A stretch of 64,000 nucleotides of DNA from Cytophagales bacterium (GTDB lineage: Bacteria; Bacteroidota; Bacteroidia; Cytophagales; Flammeovirgaceae): contig JANWWC010000007.1 in the NCBI GenBank assembly GCA_025056215.1, positions 30,492-94,491 of the forward strand, given 5' to 3'. The translations under genes were made by a program, and so were the position numbers. The notes beneath the pieces were generated by a model. The model saw only the letters and a list, made by a program, of their open reading frames with translations, made no database searches and had not been told where the DNA came from. This document shows positions 56,562-64,000 of the stretch, piece by piece. Within the stretch, counting starts at the first letter, position 1. Every line of letters starts with the position of its first letter.

Positions 56562-58177
56562 GGTTTTACTCCAAATTTCTGCATAGCTCTTTGTCTGTTG
56601 AACTGCAATAAATAAGTATCAGGATTGGGCGCCTTTATCACTACTGTAAACAAATCCGGATTTTTTTGAATCGCAGGATACAAGTACAATCCAGTAGAAC
56701 TGTATCCTAATTGTTCTAAAACCACAAGGTCTACTTGTTGTGCTATCAAATTTTGTATTAACAAAGTATCGTTATTAGTATAGGTATAATTACAAACAGG
56801 AGCTCTCGAAAATAAATATAACAAATTCGGTTTTCGACAACAAGTAACTACTGTATCAGGAAAATGATTTCGAATATATTCTCCTATAGCGAAGTAGTTC
56901 GCATAAGGGGCGGGATAACCTTGTTTTGCTATGGCGTTGAGAGGTTTTAAAGTAGGCAAATAAAGCAAAACAAAAAATAACAAAAAATAAGGAGAGAAAT
57001 GGAGTTTTAGAGTTCGAGAGCACCACTCTTGTAAAAAGTACCAGACTCCATAAAAGAAAGCTATTTGCAAAAGAGGAATAATGGTGGTAAGATATCGATT
57101 TCCACTTGGAGCGCTCCAAATTCCGATAATTCCTAAAACAGCTAAGAAATATAAGATAAAAAGAAGTTTCAGGAGGTTAGAGAGTTTCCACATTCCCCAA
57201 AGGATAATTGCAAAAATGCTTATGCCTATTAGCCATTCTCCTGCGCCAGAAGAAGTTTGATAGTCATAATTTAAAAAAGGAAACAGAGAATCAGGAATTG
57301 CTTTTGTAAGGAGCATTGCTTGCGTTTCGAAGAATCTTTCAATTAATCTGCTGATTGAAATAGTTCCTTCCTCAGGTCGCCAGACATTTTCAGATAAAAT
57401 TGCTGATAGATAACGATTTCCACCTATGCCTAACATTTTGTTTCGAAGAGCCCAAGGAATATGCAATGCTAAAAAACCTATTGCACTAGCTGTAAATTCT
57501 TTCCATCGTTTGGTGATAAAAAAGAAACCCATTACGGCTATTACAATTGTAATACCTTGTGTACGGATATAAAAAGCATATGCCAAAACAATAATAAGCA
57601 AGTAAAAATAAGGATTTCGATAAAACGCAGTATGAAGGTTTATTACTTTCAGCACTAGCCAAATAGCTAAGCAAGAAAAAAACAAATAACTCATTTCAGT
57701 CATCATCATTGTGCTGAATCGCAAAACGTAGCTATTGAAAATCGTAATAAACGCAAGCACAAAAGAGAGCGAAGGTTTTTGTGTTAATTTTTTGAGTATT
57801 AAAAACAGGAGAAGAATACTTCCTATGAGAAAAAGCCCATTTAAAAGATGCTGAAACGTTAGGCTATCAGTAAAAAACATTACCAGGGAAGCGATTAGCG
57901 GATAGCCGGGGGGAAAAGCATTTGTAGGTGGGTTTCCTTTAGTAGTAATATCGACGTATCCTTTTCCCTGGGCAAGGGCTTGTGCTAATGTGTAATATAC
58001 AGCGTTATCTCCGTTAAGGTCGTGTTTTTTATCGAAAATATAACTGTAAACTACAGTAAAAGTTATTATCAGGATTCCTATCCAGTAAAATTGATATTTT
58101 TCAGGGGGTTCCGTGGTATAAGAAAGGTTATGAGAAGTCGTTAGCGAAGTTTTAAAATGCTTCTTTGGGGCTTTCAT
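56558..58177 (-). CDS. GT39/ArnT-like polyprenyl-phosphate-sugar dependent glycosyltransferase (GT-C fold)
   Basis: Polytopic membrane protein (more than 10 helices). N-terminal loop DNAVYYTLAQALAQGKGY...PPGYPL is typical of the ArnT/PMT family (COG1807). Confidence 0.75.
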   Translation of the reverse strand: MKAPKKHFKTSLTTSHNLSYTTEPPEKYQFYWIGILIITFTVVYSYIFDKKHDLNGDNAVYYTLAQALAQGKGYVDITTKGNPPTNAFPPGYPLIASLVMFFTDSLTFQHLLNGLFLIGSILLLFLILKKLTQKPSLSFVLAFITIFNSYVLRFSTMMMTEMSYLFFSCLAIWLVLKVINLHTAFYRNPYFYLLIIVLAYAFYIRTQGITIVIAVMGFFFITKRWKEFTASAIGFLALHIPWALRNKMLGIGGNRYLSAILSENVWRPEEGTISISRLIERFFETQAMLLTKAIPDSLFPFLNYDYQTSSGAGEWLIGISIFAIILWGMWKLSNLLKLLFILYFLAVLGIIGIWSAPSGNRYLTTIIPLLQIAFFYGVWYFLQEWCSRTLKLHFSPYFLLFFVLLYLPTLKPLNAIAKQGYPAPYANYFAIGEYIRNHFPDTVVTCCRKPNLLYLFSRAPVCNYTYTNNDTLLIQNLIAQQVDLVVLEQLGYSSTGLYLYPAIQKNPDLFTVVIKAPNPDTYLLQFNRQRAMQKFGVKP

Positions 58178-58351
58178 GGTTTAGGATTTAGCGTCCTAAA
58201 AATCATAATTTTTTGTTTTTTTTCAAGGATTGTGAACAAATTCCTTTCTATTGTTTGCTATAAACACCAAAACTTAAAAGCTATTTCATATTATGATAAT
58301 AAGGAATTTACACTAATTAGTGAGATTTGTAGTTATGAGATAGGTAATCGG

Positions 58352-59239
58352 ATGAAATCTAAACGTAAAGTAGAGTTAGTCATTATTTCAGACGTTCATT
58401 TGGGCACCTACGGTTGCCAGGCTAAGGAATTGCTGCGATACTTAAAGAGCATTCAACCCCAAACGTTGGTATTGAATGGCGATATCATTGATATGTGGCA
58501 ATTTAGTAAAAACTATTTTCCAAAGTCTCATACTAAAGTTTTGAAATATCTTCTTACACTCATTTCTAAAGGTACGAAAGTGTACTATGTGACGGGCAAT
58601 CACGATGAAATGTTGCGAAAATTTGCAGGGTTTCGTTTAGGCACCTTTGAGCTTGTCAATAAAATTGTATTAGAATTTGATGGCAAGAAAGCATGGATAT
58701 TTCACGGAGATGCTTTTGATGTTACGATGCAATACTCTAAATGGCTCGCTAAGTTAGGAGCTATAGGGTACGATTTGCTGATTCTTCTTAATGTTTTTGT
58801 AAATTGGTGTTTAGAGCGGCTGGGAAAAGAAAAAATGTCATTCTCTAAACGCGTGAAAAACGGTGTAAAAAGTGCAGTCAAATTTATCAATCAGTTCGAA
58901 ATGACTGCTGCTGAAATTGCTATCGAAAAAGGTTATGACTACGTGATTTGCGGACATATTCACCAGCCTGAACATCGCACGGTCACCATCAATGGGAAAT
59001 CGGTTGTTTATTTGAATTCTGGTGACTGGATAGAAAATCTTACTTCTTTGGAATACAATGAAGGAACTTGGTCGATTTATAACTACTTACAAGCTCAAAA
59101 AACTGCTTGGGAGAATGTAGTAACTGCCAGCTCTGAAGAAGACGAAGAAGAACCTGAAACAGAAGTGCTTAATAATAAAGAATTGTTTAACAACTTACTT
59201 TCGGAACTCCAAGTGGCTGCTACCAGAGAAAACAAATAA
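58352..59239 (+). CDS. LpxH-like metallophosphoesterase (UDP-2,3-diacylglucosamine diphosphatase family)
   Basis: Calcineurin-like motifs ISDVHLG, NGDIID, GNHDE, FHGD, CGHIHQP. Start moved to the ATG at 58352. Acidic C-terminal tail. Confidence 0.75.
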   Translation: MKSKRKVELVIISDVHLGTYGCQAKELLRYLKSIQPQTLVLNGDIIDMWQFSKNYFPKSHTKVLKYLLTLISKGTKVYYVTGNHDEMLRKFAGFRLGTFELVNKIVLEFDGKKAWIFHGDAFDVTMQYSKWLAKLGAIGYDLLILLNVFVNWCLERLGKEKMSFSKRVKNGVKSAVKFINQFEMTAAEIAIEKGYDYVICGHIHQPEHRTVTINGKSVVYLNSGDWIENLTSLEYNEGTWSIYNYLQAQKTAWENVVTASSEEDEEEPETEVLNNKELFNNLLSELQVAATRENK

Positions 59240-59265
59240 AAATTCAGAAGTTTTTTACTCCTGAA

Positions 59266-59994
59266 TTAAGAGTCTGTTTTCTTTAATTTTTTTGCTAGTT
59301 CAAAGATGTATTTCCATGTGCGTTTAATGAGCTTGATGCGCGTTTTAAAACTACCTCCTCCTTTAGCTTCTCCATAAATTCGCTTGTTGAAAAATACTGG
59401 AATCTCCAAAATAGTGTAACCGTTCTTTTTAGCTTGATAAAGTACGTATAAGTCGAGTGAGAAGTCATAAGGAGCTTCTTGCGTTAAAAATTTGTTGTAA
59501 AAGTCTCGGCTAAAAATTTTGGGCTGAGCATTAATATCGTCGAGAGAAGTTTTTAACACAATAGAAGAAAGTACTTGCATTCCCCATGTAAAGAACGCTT
59601 CTATCCAGCGTCTATTTTTTCTTTTACCCTTTACAAATACTCGAAAAGGGTTAGGTTGTTGTTGAAGCAAGTCGAATCCTGTTAATACGTCTTTAGGGTC
59701 TGTTTGCATATCTGCGTGAGTCCACGCTAAAATATCGCCAGTAGCTTCCTTCAACCCTGAAAGAATTCCAAAGCCGTAACCCTGATTGACTTCTACTTTT
59801 ACAAGGCGCAATCGATTATCTTGAACGCGCTTCAGTTCGCGTTCGAATACTTCTTGTGAATTATCTTTAGAACCATTGTTCACTAACAGAACCTCAACAT
59901 CTTGCCGAGTTCCTAGAACTTCTTGAAATCTGCTGATGATCAAAGGAATATTTCCTGATTCGTTATAGCAAGGGATAACAATTGAGAGTTTCAT
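59266..59994 (-). CDS. GT2 glycosyltransferase (ArnC/polyprenyl-phosphate sugar synthase-like)
   Basis: LSIVIPCYNESGNI...LLVNNGSKDNS...HADMQTDP. Start moved to the ATG at 59994, just downstream of the preceding gene's stop at 60002. Confidence 0.8.
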   Translation of the reverse strand: MKLSIVIPCYNESGNIPLIISRFQEVLGTRQDVEVLLVNNGSKDNSQEVFERELKRVQDNRLRLVKVEVNQGYGFGILSGLKEATGDILAWTHADMQTDPKDVLTGFDLLQQQPNPFRVFVKGKRKNRRWIEAFFTWGMQVLSSIVLKTSLDDINAQPKIFSRDFYNKFLTQEAPYDFSLDLYVLYQAKKNGYTILEIPVFFNKRIYGEAKGGGSFKTRIKLIKRTWKYIFELAKKLKKTDS

Positions 59995-60001
59995 ATAAAA
60001 A

Positions 60002-62548
60002 TTATTTTTTGGGGTTGATAATATTATCAATACGCGTAACAAGTTCATCGTAATGGTAACGCGTAAATTTATCGGGTGCAACGCTTCTTTTCAAAAGGTT
60101 TTGAATAGCAATTAGTTCTCCATAAGCCACAGCTTTGATGTCTGATTGTTTGACACTGATGGGAGTAAATCCAACGTAGCGAAGTAGAGCAGGAGAGGTG
60201 GTAATAGTCTGTTCTTTCGTATAAAGCTGTTCTAATTGTTCGATGTAGATTCTTTGCACATTTCGTCGCCAAGCGTCTACAGGTTTGGCACTTTTGGTTT
60301 CTGCAAAGATTCCATTTCGAAGCTCTTCAAGAAGCGTTAAAATGGAATAAGCTTTTTTCCCGTTGATAGCCTCGTTTTCAAGGACGCGCGCTAAACGGCT
60401 AAAATCGAGCAAGTAACGAAGAGAATTTGCTTGAGCTTCGCGAATGCGATTAACAAGCCCTGCAGGTTCGATGCGAGCAGTAATGGCCGTATCTAACAGC
60501 CAAGTAGGTGTTTGGTAGGCTTGTTCTAATAAAAATTTGACGGCGTCAGCTTGTTTCTGTTTAGGGACATGTTGATAAACAGCTCCGTGTTGGTCAAAGG
60601 TTTTAAAGGTTTCGTATACCCCTCCGACATTAGTAGCTACATGATTTAAATAACGACTCCATTGAGCCAAGATATTTTGATACAGTTCTTCTAACTCTTT
60701 AAAATCTTTTCCATCTTCTTTTGTCCATTCTATAAGGTTGGGCAAAATGCGTTTAAGGTTTTCGATACCATATGTAGAAGCTTTGATAGGGTCATCGCCT
60801 AAATCTTCTGTTTGGGAAGAGGGGTCAAAAGGAGAGTATAGCTGTCTTCCGAAGCGATATATAGGATCGTTTTCTTTTTGTCGAATCCATGAGTGGAGAA
60901 TAGGTCGTTCTTCTTCAGGTGTATTAGCTTCTAGAATGGGCTTATAACCCCACATAATGGAATAAATGTCATAAAGTCCGATTTTAGGATGAAAGGCTAC
61001 TCCAGAATCTTGAGGCTGAGCAACATAATTGAAGCGCGCATAATCCATGATAGAAGGAGATGTGCCCATCCTTTGTGTAAAATGAGCAGAGCGCAAAGAA
61101 TCTACAGGATAAGCATGACTCGCTGCCATATTATGAGGTAGTCCAAGAGCATGCCCTACCTCATGAGCAGCCACAAACCGAATACATTCTCCCATGACTT
61201 CGTCATCGAGTTTTACTTTTCTGGCTTTAGGGTTGGCAGCAGCAGTTTGTACAAAGTACCAATTTCGGAGAAGATTCATTACGTTGTGGTACCAAATAAT
61301 GTCGCTTTCAAGAATTTCGCCCGTTCGCGGGTCGTGGACATGAGGTCCTATTGCATTCATAACGGGATTTGTCACGTATCTTATAACGGAGTATCGGATA
61401 TCTTCGGGGGAAAATTCTGGGTCTTCTTCGGGAGTAGGAGGGTCTTTACAGATAATAGCATTTTTAAAACCAGCTGCTTCAAAGGCAATATTCCAATCTT
61501 CTACTCCTTTTTTAAGATAAGGTCTCCACTTTTCAGGAGTAGCGGGGTCGATATAAAATACAATAGGTTTGAGAGGTTCAGTAAGTTCGCCGCGCAAAAA
61601 GGCAGCAGTGTCTTTAGGTTCTAAGCGCCAGCGCGTAATATAGGTGCGTTGTGCTGCTTTATGTTCGTCTGAGCCGTAGTCGTATTGAGAAATCGCAAAA
61701 TAACCGACTCGGCGGTCGTACAAGCGTGGGCGCATCGGTTTTTCGGGAAGCAATACAAAAGACTGGTTCATTTCTACCGAAAGCGTATTAGTAAGAGCGT
61801 TACTGGGCAGTTGCCCGGCGTCATAGGTAAGAATGTGTCGGACCTCTATATTTTTGGGAAAGCTTTTCATGGAAATTACGAAACTGCGTTTTTCGTCTAA
61901 GCGTCGCACCTGAAAATTCTTTCGTTGTTCTGCTGAGAGTGGACCAATCATTTCGACATCGCTTAAAAATAAAGGATTCATTTCTATGACAATTCCTGAT
62001 GAATCTTTATTGATTGCTTTAATGTCGAAGGTCATAATAATAGGTTCAAAATTATTAGCGCGCACAGCTCTGTAGATAGACAAAGATGAATCTGCTACAG
62101 AATTGTAAGATACTGAGCGCAGCAAAATTTGTTCTCCCAAGCGCTGAAAGCGCACTACTTGCTCAGGACGCGTTGCGATACCCGCTCCTCCAAATGCATC
62201 GAGATTTTCTACAGTGCCCGAAAGCCTTGAAACTACTAAAATTTCTTTTTCTAAGTAGTGGTTCGGAATCTCCCAAAACCAACTATTGTTTACTTTATGT
62301 ACTAAAAACATTCCAGTATCGGTAATAGCTTTATCACCAATTACTTCGTGATATGGTTTGATTTTGGAGGTATTTGTTTCTTTTTTTACGTCTTTTTTTT
62401 CGTTGGATTTTGTAGTTGTATCGGAAGAGCTTAGTTGTTGAGTTTGAACTTTGTTTTTCTTCTTTTTAGAGGGAGGTTTTTGTGTGTATCCTATCGAAAT
62501 AAAACAAGTGATAAGAACCAATATACCAAATCGGATAATATTTTTCAT
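60002..62548 (-). CDS. Secreted zinc-dependent metalloprotease (large DUF5117/DUF4953-type)
   Basis: Signal peptide MKNIIRFGILVLITCFISIGY. Zincin motif AAHEVGHALGLPHN. About 850 aa. Confidence 0.8.
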   Translation of the reverse strand: MKNIIRFGILVLITCFISIGYTQKPPSKKKKNKVQTQQLSSSDTTTKSNEKKDVKKETNTSKIKPYHEVIGDKAITDTGMFLVHKVNNSWFWEIPNHYLEKEILVVSRLSGTVENLDAFGGAGIATRPEQVVRFQRLGEQILLRSVSYNSVADSSLSIYRAVRANNFEPIIMTFDIKAINKDSSGIVIEMNPLFLSDVEMIGPLSAEQRKNFQVRRLDEKRSFVISMKSFPKNIEVRHILTYDAGQLPSNALTNTLSVEMNQSFVLLPEKPMRPRLYDRRVGYFAISQYDYGSDEHKAAQRTYITRWRLEPKDTAAFLRGELTEPLKPIVFYIDPATPEKWRPYLKKGVEDWNIAFEAAGFKNAIICKDPPTPEEDPEFSPEDIRYSVIRYVTNPVMNAIGPHVHDPRTGEILESDIIWYHNVMNLLRNWYFVQTAAANPKARKVKLDDEVMGECIRFVAAHEVGHALGLPHNMAASHAYPVDSLRSAHFTQRMGTSPSIMDYARFNYVAQPQDSGVAFHPKIGLYDIYSIMWGYKPILEANTPEEERPILHSWIRQKENDPIYRFGRQLYSPFDPSSQTEDLGDDPIKASTYGIENLKRILPNLIEWTKEDGKDFKELEELYQNILAQWSRYLNHVATNVGGVYETFKTFDQHGAVYQHVPKQKQADAVKFLLEQAYQTPTWLLDTAITARIEPAGLVNRIREAQANSLRYLLDFSRLARVLENEAINGKKAYSILTLLEELRNGIFAETKSAKPVDAWRRNVQRIYIEQLEQLYTKEQTITTSPALLRYVGFTPISVKQSDIKAVAYGELIAIQNLLKRSVAPDKFTRYHYDELVTRIDNIINPKK

Positions 62549-62581
62549 ATTTTGACTGTTGTTTGAAGAGCCCTCAAATTT

Positions 62582-62617
62582 AAACAAAAAACCTATAAGG
62601 ATTGCTGCCTTATAGGT
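62582..62617 (-). terminator. Intrinsic terminator after the four-repeat secreted protein gene
   Basis: Perfect 10-bp stem: acctataagg (62591-62600) pairs with ccttataggt (62608-62617), 7-nt loop. On the minus strand it is followed by ttttttgttt. Confidence 0.6.
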
Positions 62618-62642
62618 AATTGAAAAAAGTCAGAGAGTGAAA

Positions 62643-63863
62643 CTATTGTTTCTTAGGTCCTATGCCTCTTTGTAACATAATATCGTCCTGAAAAGTTTTC
62701 GAAATGTTACCAGCCTTGTCTTTGAAGCGCACGTATACAGTTCTTATGCCGTCGTCTTCTCCGTCTAATGTCCAAGGAATAGTAGGAGCATATGATTGCC
62801 ACTTAGCAGCAGCGAACTGAGGATTGTTACTTACTTGCATCAGTTCTACATCGGGGTCACTGCATGTAATCGTGAGAGTTACTAATTTATTGTCGTGCTT
62901 GGTAGTTTCGGCGCCTTTATCAATAACAATAGAACAATTTTGGGGAGGAGTGATATCTAAAAGTATATCGTCCTTCACGTATTCAGATTCATTTCGAGCT
63001 AAATCCCTAAATTTAACATATACAGTTTTTTTCCCGTCGCCTTCGCTAAGGGTGTATTTTACTTGTGGAGCGTACATAAACCATTTAAGTTCTGAGGAGG
63101 TATCAGCAGTTTCGTTTACAGTATATTCAGCTGCTTCCCTGGCTTTCAGGTTGAGGGTAACTACTCTATCGGGAGATGTCGCATAAATATCTTGTGCATT
63201 GTTGATGATAACGCCACAATCTACTGGTGGAATACGGTCGATAATGATTTTATCAGAGGTTACTTGCGATTCATTTTGTGCTTTGTCTTTAAATTTTATG
63301 AACACCTGCCTTGGTCCATCTTCGCCTTCTTCAAGTTGCCAATCTAACAGTTCGGGCTGATAAATCTGCCATTTGGCTGCATAAAAAGAGTTTGAGTTGC
63401 TCAACATCATAAATTCTGCATCTACAGCAGAAATGCTTAAATCTACTTTGAGTTTTCTTTCTGATGCCATTTTTTTATTGATGTAGCCTGTTTCTGTTTT
63501 GATTTTGATAGAGCCTTTTTCAGGTGGAGTCATATCAAGAATGATATCATCTTTGACGATAGCCGATTCTTTGCCTTCAGCATCTTTAAATTTGGCATAA
63601 AGGGTGTGTACTCCATCTTGTTTGGGAAGTTGCCAAGTGATATTTTTATCAAATCGTTGCCAAGTAGCACCCGCTAAAGTTGGCGAGCTACTTATCATCA
63701 TATGAGTAGCGTTTAACGAGAAGAGTTCTACAGTAACTAAATTAGTATTGGTATAACGATTCCCGCCGGCAATCGCTATGCGAGACCCAGAAAGATTAGC
63801 AGGCTGTGCTATCAAGCCTAAAGCGTAACAAATAAAAACAGAACAGAGAGCAAATGGCTTCAT
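62643..63863 (-). CDS. Secreted protein made of four tandem ~95-aa Ig-like repeats
   Basis: Signal peptide MKPFALCSVFICYALGLIAQ. Four units each end with ..W..Y.....W.L...DG...V..KF.D.A.N.S....D.I..D. Confidence 0.7.
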   Translation of the reverse strand: MKPFALCSVFICYALGLIAQPANLSGSRIAIAGGNRYTNTNLVTVELFSLNATHMMISSSPTLAGATWQRFDKNITWQLPKQDGVHTLYAKFKDAEGKESAIVKDDIILDMTPPEKGSIKIKTETGYINKKMASERKLKVDLSISAVDAEFMMLSNSNSFYAAKWQIYQPELLDWQLEEGEDGPRQVFIKFKDKAQNESQVTSDKIIIDRIPPVDCGVIINNAQDIYATSPDRVVTLNLKAREAAEYTVNETADTSSELKWFMYAPQVKYTLSEGDGKKTVYVKFRDLARNESEYVKDDILLDITPPQNCSIVIDKGAETTKHDNKLVTLTITCSDPDVELMQVSNNPQFAAAKWQSYAPTIPWTLDGEDDGIRTVYVRFKDKAGNISKTFQDDIMLQRGIGPKKQ

Positions 63864-64000
63864 AATTTTAGTGCTATTTAAATACATTATAATAACAGCA
63901 ATAAGAATGCAAAAGTATTTGAGCCGCGCACAATTTTAAGAAAATTATCGAATTAACGCGAACATTCCGTTTTTTTGTATTTTATTTCCATTCAAATCGA

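Overview
This window looks like a densely packed, AT-rich chromosomal segment of a Bacteroidota genome, probably Cytophagia- or Flavobacteriia-like. The taxonomic hints are a T9SS C-terminal sorting domain, two TPR/PD40/OmpA proteins, a DUF349 protein, TAnnTTTG-type promoter boxes and a roughly 700-aa sulfite reductase.

I support about 50 protein-coding genes. Nearly all are housekeeping: ridA, lpxB, mutS, nadC, lhgO, frr, prmA, pyrC, purD, acpH, aroB, rng, HU, Dps, an ABC-F ATPase, a NupC-type transporter, TatD and a photolyase-family protein. I saw no rRNA, tRNA, CRISPR array, transposase or integrase. The non-coding gaps are short and AT-rich.

The only clearly accessory segment is a GC-enriched island of about 4.6 kb (12.47-17.04 kb) between dps and mutS. 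It carries a Type III restriction-modification system in mod-then-res order. The system is broken by at least three frameshifts, two in mod and one in res, while every other long gene in the window is intact.

Other items worth a second look:
- an unannotated 29-aa Lys/Arg-rich ORF in the HU-TPR-rng cluster
- a translationally coupled beta-barrel OMP, stand-alone cNMP-binding protein and DHH/DHHA1 phosphoesterase operon
- a PAP2 / GT39 / LpxH-like / GT2 cluster that looks like a lipid A or envelope glycolipid remodelling module
- a sulfite/nitrite reductase hemoprotein with an extra C-terminal domain next to an FAD protein
- several perfect palindromes in promoter regions
- a secreted protein built from four tandem copies of a roughly 95-aa domain

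I do not see a convincing intact, novel multi-gene defence or mobile system here. The candidates above are ranked with modest interest scores for that reason.
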